Origin: Protoeuglena noctilucae
Lineage: Eukaryota
Assembly: GCA_958009085.1 (NCBI GenBank)
Contig: OY253671.1
Location: forward strand, 1,488,001-1,552,000
Direction: 5' to 3'
Length of the DNA: 64,000 nucleotides
The notes under the pieces were generated by a model that saw nothing but the letters and a program-made list of their open reading frames with translations, made no database searches and had not been told where the DNA came from. Of this stretch, positions 1-12,895 are shown piece after piece (position 1 is the first letter of the stretch; every line of letters begins with the position of its first letter). The position numbers and the translations under genes were made by a program.

Positions 1-84
1 TTGGTCCCGACCACAGGTTGGGCTGACGACATTGTTGCAACGGCGTTGTTGACTGATGCCTGTCGTTGCTTGCTGCCCCTGCAG

Positions 85-1115
85 TCTGCCTTGGCAAGTG
101 GATCGGAGCAAAGCGACTCAGAGAAGAACCCGGTCTTTTCCATGAGCCATCGTGTCTGCGTGTACCCCCTCGTCCCCACATCTGAGGCAGGGGAGGGACA
201 GGCGGCCGTTTTGGCGCCGGTGGGGGTGCCCATCGCAGCCCCTCGCGTGTCTGCAAAATCGGATGATGGGCAGGGACCCACGGGGGATGCACCGACCCTG
301 CGCGCTTACGAGGTCTTTGAGAACGAAAGGCGACAGCCCTTCCGGTGAGCCGCCGCGGTGTCTGCCACGCTCGGCTTCCCGGCTGCCGTGTTGGTCACTC
401 AGGTCGACGATTGCGGTCTGCACAACGCCCACCAACAGTGTGTGTTTTGTCAAAGTGACCATTGCAATCTGCATGACGATGGTGGGCGCTTTCCCTTGCA
501 GGGGTTTCGGGCACTCGTGGCCGGGCCACCTGCTCCCCACCGACCCCGCGCGCTACTCTGCCCGGTGTGGGGCGGATCCCGGCCCCAACGCCCACCGCCT
601 GTCCAGCCTGGAGCTGCGGCTGCCGCCCGGGTGGCAGTGGCGCGGGAGGTGGCGCGTCGACGTGGCGCCCAGCCAGTGGGCCGAGCCCGGTGAGACGCTT
701 AGTACGGGTACGCATGCAGGGTATCGCTGAGCGGTGCAGGCCCCCTCGCCACCATGTGAGTACCAGGGCCGCACTGGCTTTGGGTTTGAATCGACACAAT
801 GGCGATCCCCTCTCCGCAGGCTGCGACAAGCACGGGTGGAGCTACTGGCTCGACTTCCCCCGGGCGCAGTGGCCGCCCCCGCCGGGCCGGGGCGCGCGGA
901 CGGCAGGGACGTTTGTGCGGGTGCGGCGGTGGGTGCGAGTGACGGAGCGGACGGGGCAGGGCGACGAGGGCGCCGGTGCAAGTGCGGATGTGGGTGCGGA
1001 TGCGGGTGTGGATGCGGAGGGGGCGCTGCACGCGGCCCACTCAGTGTCAGAAACGGCGTTGGCTGAGATGAAAGGGGGTGCAGGCGAGGCGACGGTGGCG
1101 GCCGGGGCCGAGTAA
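85..1115 (+). CDS. 3' end of a peroxin/dysferlin (DysF) domain protein; exons 85-344, 502-689, 820-1115; 5' part lies outside the window
   Basis: Phase-consistent GT-AG splicing joins YEVFENERRQPFR|GFGHSWPGHLLPTD...LPPGWQWRGRWRVD|GCDKHGWSYWLDF...FVRVRRWVR, the typical DysF signature; stop TAA at 1113-1115. Confidence 0.7.
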
Positions 1116-1381
1116 GGGGTTTGGTTGAAGAGGAGGGGGCTTTGAGAGACATAGAGTGGAGAGGGAATGGGTGGGTTTGTTTTGGCGCAGAGATGCTATG
1201 GCGCAGCGATGTCTATTCAAGATGTCATGCTGGTAGAGCAAGGAGGAGAGGCGTAAGAGGCTGCAATGAACGAAAAATCGCGCAACACTTGGGTCCGGCC
1301 AAGGCTGGAAATGCTGCTGCCACTCTGCCAGCCGCACCCTCACACAAGGCCGTGCGATGCTTAGCCAGCGTCATCCACCGC

Positions 1382-4300
1382 TCAGCCGAGGTCGTCGAGC
1401 TCCAGCTCCACCGCCGCGAGGCCGAGGTGCCTGCGGTGGGACAAGAGTGGGACAAGGGAGGGTCACCTCGCCAGCTGATGCAAGGTCAGCAGCACAGGGA
1501 CCATGCGGTGACATCGATCCCTTCATAGACACGCGCAACGACACCACCTCCATCTCCATCACCCACTCACTCGAGGCCACTCCACCACGGCGGCAGATCG
1601 TCGTCCCCCTCGTCTCTCTCCGCGCCGTCCACCCCTTCCACCCTCACATTCCCCGTCACCGCCAAAACCGCCCCCGCTGCCACCACAAACCCCGCGCCCC
1701 CCCCGCCCCTTCCCGACCCAGCTTCGCCCTTCGCTGAGAAAGCGACCGCGACCCTATCCGCACCCGACTGCGCGGCGGAGAGCTCCGCGACGGTCCTGGC
1801 AATGCCGCCCAGCCGCCGGGGCGCGTTGCACGACCAGTCAGCCCGGTCCACCGCCACCACCTGCCAGCTGCGGCGCAGTGGGTGGGGCGGGGAATGAGAA
1901 TGAGAATGGCAATGCATGCACTAGACATCGCAAGGCGGGTTGCTGGGTGCAAAAGATACGCTGACAGGGCCACCGGTCATCTATGGGAGCAAGCAAGAAT
2001 GGTCGCATGAACCACCCCAACTCTTTTCTTCCTCACCTATCCTCGCCGTTCCTGGGCCAGTACTCGAGGCACGGGTACCCCAGCCATTCCGATTGCTGCA
2101 CGGACCCCGTAGCTGCGAGCCGCGCGGACAGCTCCCTCACCACCATCGCCCGCGCATGTTCGGGGGTGGTGGCTTGGGTAGTGAGCCTCGATAAGGCATC
2201 GGCGTGGGCGTCCACTGCGCGCTGGAGGGGCGCGGGGAGCTGCACGGCGAATCGCTGAACGGAGTCGAGGGCCTGGGGATGAGGGGCGAGGGGGGCTGTG
2301 GGTTGAGAGATGTGACTGCAGCGACTTGACTTGGGCGGGAGGGCTGTGAGAGAGACAGGCGTGTGTAAAGGGGGATTGGCATCTAAATTGACAGCGAGAG
2401 AGACGTGAAAGGGTCAGAGTTAATGAATGCGTACTACTCGGAAGCCTGACACTTTCAAAATCTGTACAGCCATCCGCCTGTTGCAGTAACTGCCCTCGTA
2501 TCCCCCGCCTCGCCTGCACATTGGGCGACTCATCGTCTGCCTCTCCCTCTCTCTCCCCACCCACTCCCTCATCGCCCAGCAGTGCTTCCTGCGCTGCCCC
2601 TGACAGCGCCTCCACCACCGCCAGTTGTGTTAACAGCGTGCGCCTCTCCGCTGTGATGGCACGCCCCCTGCCGTCCATGCGCACGGCAGCGACCCGCGCG
2701 GCCTCTGCGCTGCGGGACTTGCGCGACTGCACGGGCAGCTGCTTAGATAAGGAGCCGGGGGTGTCTACTGCATCGTCGATGCCTGGATCGTCGGTCAGTG
2801 GTGCAAAGGCCTGGGGGCCCAGTGTGGAGATGCGGTGGGCCACGTGGAGCATGACGGGGTGCCAGTGCATCTGCGGAGATGGGGAGTGACGCGAGGTGAT
2901 ACGTTGCGACGAAGTAGCACTGGCAAGTGGTGTTACGTGAGACACTGCCGTGGCACAGTTCATCGACTCACGTCCCTGTCAGCTCCACTGCTAAACAGCT
3001 AAATTGCTCCCTGCAATCGACACACCACCCGCACCGTGCCACTCCTCGATGCACCCCACTCGCCTGATGCGACGCCAGCGCCCACGCCACCTGCACCGCA
3101 TCCCGCGGCCCCAGGGGCAGCTCCGCCGTCTCCGCGTAGACCCGGTCTGACAGAACCTCAAGCAGCGACACCTCCTCCGCAAACAGATCACGGGAGTCAC
3201 CCTCCCCCTCCAGGCACAGCCCCTCTGGGCCGTACCCCAGCGTCGTCAGCGCCCACTGCGGGACGAATGACGGGCGTGCGATGTTAGTTGTGGTGTTCAA
3301 CGTTGCACTTGTGACGATTTCTACATGCATTTTACCATGATCATTAACAGACATGCAAACACCAACTCCACCTTGGTCATGCACTTCTCCGCTCACCATC
3401 GCTCAGTCCACACCCACACTCACCATGGTCATGCAGAGTTCCTTGGGCGTGAAGGAGGCCAGGTCCAGCTGCGCCAACCTCGCCGCGTCAGAAACGAACG
3501 CAGACCCGGGGTCGTGACGCAGCACGGCGCAGGCGTACAGAGCGTGCGCCAGCAGCTGACCGGGGAAGGCGTCCGATGCCGTCTCCACGCCCCACACCTC
3601 CCATTGACCGCCTTCCCAGGCCAGGGGGGCAGCAAAGGACAGGTCACTGGATCGCACGGGTGGCGAACCGTCACCGTCGATAGCTGCGGGGCGATGACTA
3701 GACTCTGGCGGGCTGGGTGGTGAGGAGAGGGACGGCCGTGGCGGTGAGGCGGGAGTATCGGAAACCGGGGCATCGACAGCAATGGAACCTTTCATGGAAC
3801 CGGAACCGTCTCCCGGGCTGGGCCCATCTGCCGTGTGAGACGGGGCGAGCAAGGCAGAAGAGACGGCAGAGCCAGCAGGTGTAGTAGAGCCAGCGGCACC
3901 ATCGTCGGCTGCCTTTCGAAGGGACTGCAGTGCCTGGACCAACAGGGCATGCAGCCGACGTACCAGGGCCGTCACCAAGGGGCCGTCGTAGTGATCGGAG
4001 GCAGCCAGCGCCCACAGCATGTTCGTGCAGTGCTGCGGGGCAGAGAGGGGTGAGCGGGGTGGGATGCTTGCAACATGCAGCGTTGCTAGAGGGGGGAATT
4101 CAGGTGGGGGCAACACCAGACATCACATAACATGGTGTCATATGAGTTGAGATGCTCCCCACCTGCGCTGTCATGCTCCCGGCCACTGCCTTGGCCCTCC
4201 CCGCGAGCGCCCGGAGCGGCCCCGGGGAGTAGAACCCCACCCGCGCCATCCCGTACAGCGTGGCAGCCACTCCCACAGGGGAGAAGCGTGGCGCCTCCCT

Positions 4301-7300
4301 CTCGCACACCGCGCCGATAAGTGCGAAAAACTCTGGGTCGAACTGCGACGAGAAGTATGAGAGACATTGTGGTGAGAGTGATATGTTGCAGAGAAGGTGC
4401 AGCAGCATGGGATGTGATGTGAGCGGTGGCTGCGGTGGGCGACAGGAGCGATGTGAGCTGTGGTGGGGAGCAGGCTTAAAAGTGACCCCGCATACCCACA
4501 ACAACTCAGTGGATAAAACTCACCATGGTCACCCACGACATTCAGAATGGCCCCACTCACCCATCACAGCCAAAGGGACCACACCCGACCTCACCCACGA
4601 GAGCCTTGCCGCCGACACACAGAGGGACGACACGGACAGGCTGGTGATGCTGCCCCTCTGCCTCTGCAGCTCCTCGTATACCTGCGATGATGAGATTCTC
4701 ATACCGACTGTCTCATCTACGCAACAAACAACGAGCCCCTCTTCTCATAGGCCCCTCTACTCTCCTGGCACGCACTTGCGATGTATCGACCGCCCCATCG
4801 CACACGACCCCGCTTTAACGCATATAGTAGATACCATGATACTGAATACCAACGTATCTATCGCATCTTGTCTGACACGTGAGTTGCATCTGTGTCTCTC
4901 ACCAGCGCGAGGTCGCGTGGGGACACGGGCACCGCCAGATCCGCACAGGCCCAGACGACCATGCAGATGCCCTTGACGGGGAACCGGGTGATGGCCTTTG
5001 GGGAGAAGACCGCACGGGTGAGGCGGTTGACGCAGGGCACCCCGGGGTGGTACCCCAGGCGAGCGAAGGCCCACAGTGCTGTGCTGACGGTGGCCGGGTC
5101 GCTCATGGTAACAGAGTCACTCATTGTGGCGGCCGGGTCATTCCTTGTGATAGCGTCGCCTGTTGTGACAGGGCCACCCATTGTATGAGTGGCCGGGTCG
5201 CTCTCTGCAGAGGGCTCTCCCAGCAGCCGGTCCGCGCATGCCGTGAGGAAGGCGCGGCCCAGTTCCCCAGACGAGTAGCCCGCCAGGGCAAAGGCGTAGA
5301 GGAGCGTAGCCAAGGATTTGCCCTCGAACGCCCTGCGGGGGAGCAATGGTAGTTACTGAGGTGTGACTGGGATTCATTGCAATCAGTCACTGCCTTGAAG
5401 TGACCCACGGTCACCCGTGCACTCGACCTCACCTGAGCAAGCAACTCGAGTTGCCTGTGCCACATAGACACCCCGCTCTCTTACCTGAGCGCCTCGGGCT
5501 GCCTGTGCCACATAGACACCCCGCTCTCTCACCTGAGCGCCTCGGGCTGCATGTGCCACATAGACACCCCGCTCTCTCACCTGAGCGCCTCGGGCTGCCC
5601 GTGCCGCCTCGCGACGGCGTCCAGCATGGCGTCCAGACCCACCGACACACCCGGCAAGCGCGACAGCCGCGCCACTGCCCACACCGCCCTTGCCAGGTCC
5701 CGGGGGCTCATGCGGCCCTGCGACGCCTCCACCAGGGCCGCCAGGTGCCGGCAAGCCTCGGACACCAAAGGCGCGCTCGCGGGAATCAATCCCTGGACCT
5801 CTCCCCGCACGCTTGAGGGCGCCGGTGGACCACCGGCCACCTGCCCATCGCGCCCGCTCCCGCTACGCTCCCATCCCTCGTCCCATTCGCCAGCGATGAT
5901 GTCCACGTCGTCGTGTGGCTGCCCGCGTCCACCCACCGATGCCCCGTCCTCCAGCACCCTCGCCAGGGCATGTGCGAACCGCCCCACGCTATTGGGCGCT
6001 TGGGTCCGGCACACTTGCGGGGTGGCCTCCAATGCCACGGTCACGAGGGCAGCCGGCGGGGTGTGCTTGAGCGCCGCGCAGGCGATCGTCAGCTGAGGGC
6101 GGAGGATGGAGAGCGGCGTTGCCTGGGTCGTCGCAGCTAGCGCATGCGAGGCTGGTTGTGCAGTCACTCGGGTGCGGTGCGGTCAGCGCTCTCTGTGCCT
6201 CAAAGCATGACTTGTTAGGTAAGGTCCCATTCTGTGCCACCCCTGCCCTTTCTCAACTTGCCGCAGCCATTTCAACACAGCCCCTCGCCCCTCACCTCCG
6301 TCACAGCGCGCAGCCAGTCTGCGTGATCCTGAGCCTCGGCCCCCGCTGGCGGCCGCTCGTCCGCCACCCTCGCCGCGATAGCCAACGCCGATGCTCCGGG
6401 GTCGATGCCGTGCGTGGCGAGGGCCCCCACCAGAATGGCCGCCTGCTGTGGCTCCAGCTCTCCCGCCTGAGTCAGCTCTCGCACCCGGGCGCTCAAGTTG
6501 CTGAGCGTGGCCAGGCTGCGGACGTCCGTATTTCCCATGCCCACCAGGGCCGCACGGACGGCGCAGGGGCCGAGGGAGGGCGCGCCGTCAGCGATCGAGG
6601 CACACAGGCGCTCGGCACAGCTGCGGTCCAGGCAGCCGCAGGAGCGGAAGGGGTGGCCGCCCAAGACGGCGAGGGCGCGGACGGCGAGGTCCGCCGGGAT
6701 CGGATGGTGCACCAGGGCTTGCTGCGCCTCTAAGGCGAGGTGGCGGCCGGGGCCGCGCTGCAAAGTGGGGCCGCAGCATCGCAGCACGTCGACGAGTCTG
6801 ACAGGCGTCAGCTGTGGGCAGGAGTTACGTGTGCAATGAGAGGCAGGCCAGATGTCCGGCCAAAGCACGAAACCAAAGCACGAAGCATGCGGCATGACAT
6901 TCACTGGTTATAACACGAAAGCAGACGTCGATGGGCGCTCGCCTGGCACAGGGCCTGGAAGCACGCCTCACTGCGAGGGCTGGACGGCAGGAGCGCATCT
7001 TCCCAAGCGGAGATGCTGCGGGGGCACGCATAGGGGGTCACGTGTCATGGCATGTCATGGCCACGCCCGGTGCACCCGTCATGAGCGCTTGACGCAAACA
7101 CGCTTGAAAGCAGCATGGCGGGGCTGTATGTTGAGCACTCGCCTCGCGTGCGCGTGGTATCCCAGCTTTCGCATGGAATCGAGGGCGCGTATGTAGTGCA
7201 CCACGTTCTTGGGCTGCTCCAGCCTCCCATCTGGCAGACGGGCACGGGTGCGGTGGTAGAAAGCAAGTCAACACAGGGTGGCAGTAAGCTGGTGTCCGGC

Positions 7301-8027
7301 AACTCGGGGTGTCCACCACCCTCGTCACACTCTCAGCGCATGCCCTTACCTCGTGTCATCGTGGCTACGACGTCCTCGCAGCTGGCGCAGACATCTTGGG
7401 GCACTGAGATGCCGTGGCTGGCGGCAGAGAAGAGCGCCTTGCATAGGCCGGGGGCAAAGGCGGGGTCCCGGATCGCGAGCGCCCGGTGGCACTGCGGGGA
7501 AGGTGCCAGGTGTCTCGTGGGTTGCCCTGGTTCCACCCTAACAGGACGTGCAGCCCTTGCCCACACGCCCCATGACCAAGCGTCCCACCAGATCGGCCAG
7601 CTCCCGTCTCCTCTGGGCGAGGACGTTGCGTGAAAGGGTGCCCCTCCTTTCGCCGCCCAGAAGCTCGACGGACAGCTCCTCAATGCGGTCCGACAGGGCG
7701 CAGTCTGGGAAGGGGGCGCTCGTGCTCGCCGTGCCCGGACGCGGCAGGCCCTCCACCCGGACTCTGCAACGCGGTAAGAGGAGCTATGAGAGACGCGATA
7801 GTGCGGTTCATGGACCGATCCAGCGAGGCCTCACGCTCTCTCGCTGCGGCACGCGGCCCAGCCGCCCCTTGCCTGCGCAGCAGAGGTGCTGGGGTCCGCT
7901 CCCACACATCCGTAGGAATGCGATGCGTGTTTGGGCTCGAGAGGTTTCTTGTTTGCAACGAGCCATGGCCTCTCCGCTGCTGACCATGGCCATTGCCCAC
8001 ACGGTGCGCCGCCGCGGAGGCGCTCAT
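1382..8027 (-). CDS. Multi-exon octotricopeptide-repeat (OPR)-like organellar RNA-binding protein with a degenerate C-terminal RAP domain; start uncertain
   Basis: Repeated helical motifs (MSPRDLARAVWAVARL, FEGKSLATLLYAFALAGY, TALWAFARLGYHP, FPVKGICMVVWACADL, FSPVGVAATLYGMARVGFY, NMLWALAASDHY, FTPKELCMT); RAP-like VVAVDRADWSCNAPRRLGG near 1800-1870; GT/GC-AG introns. Confidence 0.7.
5432..5600. repeat. About 3.5 copies of a ~48-bp tandem repeat spanning an exon/donor junction of the OPR gene
   Basis: Unit acctgagcgcctcgggctgcctgtgccacatagacaccccgctctctc is directly visible. Confidence 0.9.
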
Positions 8028-8408
8028 CGGCGCAAGCTCGCGGGTGATCTGAAGGAATCAACTTTTCAGCCATCAGGACTACGCCATGCGTCGCAACGGA
8101 ACGTGTCCACCCGGCATCATAGATGCAAGGCCTAACCAGGCGCGCTGAGTCCCGTGAGGATGGCCGCGCCGGTCACCGAGGTGCTCCTACTGCAAGCAAT
8201 CTCCCTGCCGAAATGAATTCGGTTCGCCCAGCTCAACTGGCTTTGGCGGGCAGTGACATATTTTCGCTGTCGCTGGTGTGACCGAAGGCGCAAAAGGCGG
8301 CCCTGACCAAGCGCACCGACACTTCCGCAGTGTAATGTAGGTGTTTCCTGTCCCTGGAATTTATGTCGGAGGCGTGTTGTGCGCTGGCGTAGCGAGTTTT
8401 TGGCGAGA

Positions 8409-10184
8409 ATGGCCGTCTGCTGCTGGATGGCCGTCTCTGGCGGCGCGATGAGGCTCCATGCCCTCATGCGCCAGAGCTGTACTGCCAGCACGAGCGGCCG
8501 CTCTGTCTGGGGCGCGCGCTCTTGGAGGGGACCTGCGCGGAGAGCAGCTACAGGTTCCGTACCCGCCCCAACAGAGGCTCCCTCAGTGACGTCGGGCGAT
8601 TTCTACGTCCTTTTCGTCACGTGCCACCCTGGGCTGGAGCGCGCCGTGACGAAGGAGCTGTGCGCAGGGCCCATCGGCATCCCAGGTGCTGGGATGAGCG
8701 TGGCTGCCACGCTTGGTACTGCGTGGGTCGGGTGTCTCGCGAACTGGCTTCGCTGCATAAACGCCGCCCTCGCTGCCCTCAGAAAGCGACATCCGGGAGG
8801 GCAAGGCCGGCGTGCACGTGCGCGTGCGGAGCCTGGACGTGGCCCTCCGGGCGTGCCTGTGGCTGCGCAGCGGCATCCGCGTGCTCGCCCGCCTGTGGGA
8901 GGGCGACCTGGACCTGGAGCAAGGGACGCACCCGGGGGACGCCGTGTATGCGTGCGCCCGGGAGGCAGCCGACTGGCCCGCGCTCCTGCCTAGCACCGAG
9001 TCTGCCACGCTCCGGGTGTCGGGGGCCGTGCACGACTGTGGGCCCCTCGTGAGCTCCCAGCTCCTCGCGGCGCGCATCCGGGACGCCGCGTGCGACGCCG
9101 TGCGCGACCGCACCGGGCACCGCCCCCCGCCCCCGGGGGACGCGCTCCCGGACCTCCCCCTGCACGCCGTCGCCAACCGCGGCCGCCTGACCATCTACCG
9201 GGACCTCTGCGGGCGGTCCCTTCACCGCCGTGGCTACCGCCAGGCCATGCACCGCGCGTCCCTTAACGAGGCTGCGGCCGCGGGGTGCCTGGTGCTGGCG
9301 GGCTGGCCGGAGATGGCGGCGGCCGACCCAGAAGCCCTCCTCCTGGACCCCATGTGTGGATCGGGGACCTTCCTGGTGCGTGCGACGGCCTCCGCACATT
9401 ATTGTCCCGAGTCCTGGTGCTGTTGCTGTTGTCCGACCCTGCTGCTCGCTGGCTGCCTTCGCAGATCGAGGGCGCCATGATGGCACGGCGCATCGCACCG
9501 GGCCTGGCGCGGCGCGACTGGCCCTTCCTGTCGTGGCCGGACGTGAGCGCCCGGGCGTGGGACGACATGATCGCGGCGGCCCAGGCGGAGGCGCAGGAGG
9601 GGGCGAAGGGGTGCCGGAACGTGCTGCTGGGGAACGACATTCACGCGGGGGCCCTGTCGCTGGCCCAGCGCGACGTGGCGGCCGCCGGGGTCGAGGGGGT
9701 CGTGAAGCTGCGCCAGGGTGAGGCGGTGGGCGACGTTGACAGGAACAGGCCGCGCCTCCTGCCTGTCAATGCGCGTGAGGCTGGCTGCGCATCCCTGCCC
9801 CCCGCAGGCCCGTGCCGCGAGCTGCCCTCGCTGCCCCGGCCGGCGAGCCTGGTCGTGACCAACCCGCCGTGGGGGCTGCGCCTGGACGGCGACGCGGAGG
9901 TTGACGCGGCTGCTTCGTGGCGCGATCTGGGCGACATGCTCAAGCAGAACTGCGCGGGCGCATCTGCTTTCGCCCTCTCCGGCAGCCGCGACCTCACCAA
10001 GCACCTGCGGCTGCGGGCCTCGGCGCGCATGCCCATCACGATAGGGGACGTCGACTGCCGCCTGCTTCGCTATGACATCCAAGCGGGCCCCTGGAAGGGC
10101 GCGGCGGCGCCCGGGGAGGCGCCCCGGGAGGCGGGCTCCGACCGTTCGCCGCTCGCGGCGGGTGCGAGTCGGAGGGGCCGCTGA
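8409..10184 (+). CDS. RlmL/RlmK-like THUMP-domain rRNA guanine-N2 methyltransferase, probably organellar; exons 8409-8685, 8783-9375, 9465-9717, 9808-10184
   Basis: Motifs FVTCHPGLE, LWLRSGIRVL, SLHRRGYR...ASLNEAAAA, LLDPMCGSGTFL|IE, GNDI, VVTNPPWG; phase-consistent introns; Ser/Arg/Ala-rich N-terminal extension. Confidence 0.85.
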
Positions 10185-10526
10185 TCGTCAAGGATGCCGG
10201 AGCATGTGGTCGACGTTTGGCACGCGATATCTAGAAAAATCTCGTTTCAAACAGTTTCGGGCGACTGGTCGGGCTCCTCGCCCCGCGTCCCCGTAGCGCC
10301 AGGGGGCCGCCAGCGAAGGGTAGGACGTGAAAACCGATCTCGGCGCATCCCGACCGGCCGTCCTAGCGCGAGCGACCGCGACCCTACGCGAGCCAGCCGG
10401 CAGACAGGTGCAAATCTCGCCCTCCGCGCGCCTTCCAGCAGCGGGCGAGCGCCTAGGGCGCGAATTCTCGCATTGCGAATCGTCAGGCAGACGCGGGGCA
10501 TCGGGACGAGGACGGGCTCGGGCCAG

Positions 10527-12567
10527 ATGCTGCCGAGGATGGTGAGGGCCGGGCGCCGGCACCCCATCGAGGCCGAGGGGAACCGCGCCGCGACCGGCGC
10601 ACCGGGCCAATAAATTCGTGGCGTTGGGACGGCTGGGTCGGCCCGCGGTCGCAAGGCCGCCCCGCGCGCGCCGGGCCGATCTGTGCTTGGCTGTTCCCCT
10701 CGCAGGCCGCGCCCGCGCGGCGCGCCCCCGCCACAGGCCTGCCTACCGGCGGGCTTGACTCGCATGGTTGCCCGCAATGCGCTCGGGTGACGCAGATCCA
10801 GTCGGTCTCGCTGCTACGGCGACGGGCGCCCAGGTGCGGCGCCACACGCCTTGTTGGCGGGGCTGCCGCGTCCGGGGGGTTCGGCGCGGAGACCGCCGCT
10901 TCGGTGGCTGGTTACGGGGACCATTTTATAGCCCCCGGCTGATCGCGGCGATCCAGGCCCGCCTGGCCGCGGCGGTATCCCACCCGGCAGTTACAGCGGG
11001 ACCGCCGCGCCTCGGGGCAGCGGGCGCCAGATCCTGGCGCCGAGTGGCGGAATTCATTTGCAGCTGTCGATGTTTCGCGCCCTCTCGGCGCCCCAGAGTT
11101 CCTGCGCACAAGTGAGGCCACCCGCGACCCCCCTTGCAGGCTCGTCAAGTCGGTGGAGGTGCGGAGCATCGCGGTGGGCCAGGGATCTCCAGAGCCGTTG
11201 GTGGACTTAGGCGAGATGGTGGGGAAGATCGACTTCGGCGTCAGGTGCGCTGCAGGGCGGGCAAGGCACTGCAGAGAGGCGAGCTGCGATGCCAATTCGC
11301 TGTTCCGACGCCCGCCCCCCGCCCGCGCCGCAGCTACAACAAGCAGTACGACGAGCTCTTCTCGCGGCCGCTGGTGCTGAACCGGCCCGTGCCCAAGCCG
11401 AGCAAGGAGGCCCAGTGGACGGAGGAGGGGGCCAAGCGTGTGCCCTTCTCTGACGTGTTCAGTCTGCCGCGCTTCGAGGGCCTGTGGAAGCGCCTGGTCG
11501 CCGGCAAGTGGGACAAGACGGACTACGTGTACGCGTCGTACATGTTCGTGGTGCACGCACTGTGCCTGGCGGCGCCCTTCACGTTCAGCTGGGAGATGGT
11601 CGGCCTGTTCTTCGCCACCTACTTCGTGTCCGGCTGCCTCGGCATCACCCTCAGTTTCCACCGGCAGCTCAGCCACCGCTCCTTCCAGACCCCCAAGTGG
11701 CTCGAGTACCTCTTCGCCTACTGCGGCGTGCTGGCCGTGCAGGGCGACCCGATCGAGTGGGTCTCGTGCCACCGCTACCACCACCTCCACACCGACACGC
11801 CCCTCGACCCCCACTCCCCTTACGAGGGCTTCTGGTGGAGCCACATGGGCTGGCTCATGGACCACAAGGCCACCAGGTGAGGGAGGGCTTTTGGTGGGAG
11901 AGCGGGAGGGGACCATGGGCTGGCTCATGGACCACGCGCACGCGGGCAGCTGGAATGTGTAGAATGCTGCCCTTTTGTGCAACGGCACCGACATCTCTGC
12001 CCAACTGCTCTCTGCAGGGACCGCATCTACGACATGTCCAACGCGAGCGACCTGAAGAAGCAGTGGTTCTACCGGTTCATCGAGAAGACGTACGCGTGGC
12101 ACGTCCTGGCGCAGTTCGTGGCCCTGTACGCCCTGGGCGGCTTCCCCGCCCTGGTGTGGGGCGGCGCGCTGCGGCTGGTCTGGGTGTACCATGTGACGTG
12201 GCTGGTCAACTCGGCCTGCCACGTCTGGGGCAGCCAGAAGTACTTGACGGGCGACCTGTCGACCAACTGCTGGTGGGTGGGGCTCCTGGCCTGGGGGGAG
12301 GGCTGGCACAACAACCACCACGCGTTCGAGTTCTCCGCACGCCACGGGTGAGGACGACGATGCGTGCGTGTGCGGGGAGCTGCAGGTTCTGCCTGGTCGG
12401 TCGGTCTCGCATGTGCGCGCCTTGCACCGACGCGCAGGTTGGAGTGGTGGCAGTTCGACATGACGTGGATGATCATCAAGTCCCTCGAGGTCGTGGGCCT
12501 GGCCAAGAACGTCAAGCTGCCGACCGAGGCGCAGAAGCGGCGCCTGCTCATCCAGCCTAGCGCTTAA
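10527..12567 (+). CDS. Membrane acyl-lipid desaturase (ADS/FAD5-like, delta-7/delta-9); exons 10527-10541, 10706-10833, 11140-11244, 11334-11876, 12018-12347, 12438-12567
   Basis: His boxes HRQLSH, HRYHH and HNNHH; [60 protein letters not shown]; all junctions phase-consistent; transit-peptide-like N-terminus. Confidence 0.92.
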
Positions 12568-12895
12568 GGACCTTGTTGAGAAGAGCTCGCAGAGTTTAAC
12601 GTCGTATGCATTCGTCGACGCGTTGCATCGTCTAAAACCTGTTGCTTACTGGCGCGCCGGCGCCTGGACGCTGGCGAAGTATCCGTGGGGCGCCGCACCC
12701 TCTCCCGGCACATTCGCGTGCCACTCTGTCCTGGAAAGCGCGCACCGGCCTTATCGGCACTGATCGTCGCGGGTCACTTTCGCCCAACTTTTTTGCATCT
12801 CCTCCCCCGACGAGCCCGCATTGGCCACCCCGAGCGGCGGACTGGGCAATCTAGGCGCGATTTTGTCGCACGGCGGGCAAATCATTCCTCCCGTC

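Noticed and set aside
5432..5600. CRISPR-like regular repeat
   Set aside because: Whole units repeat with no unique spacers, there are no cas genes, and the context is a eukaryotic intron
10912..12345. 477-aa minus-strand ORF and similar long antisense ORFs (47841-49901, 52211-54187, 54916-56517)
   Set aside because: Shadow ORFs from GC-rich codon usage on the opposite strand; no recognisable motifs
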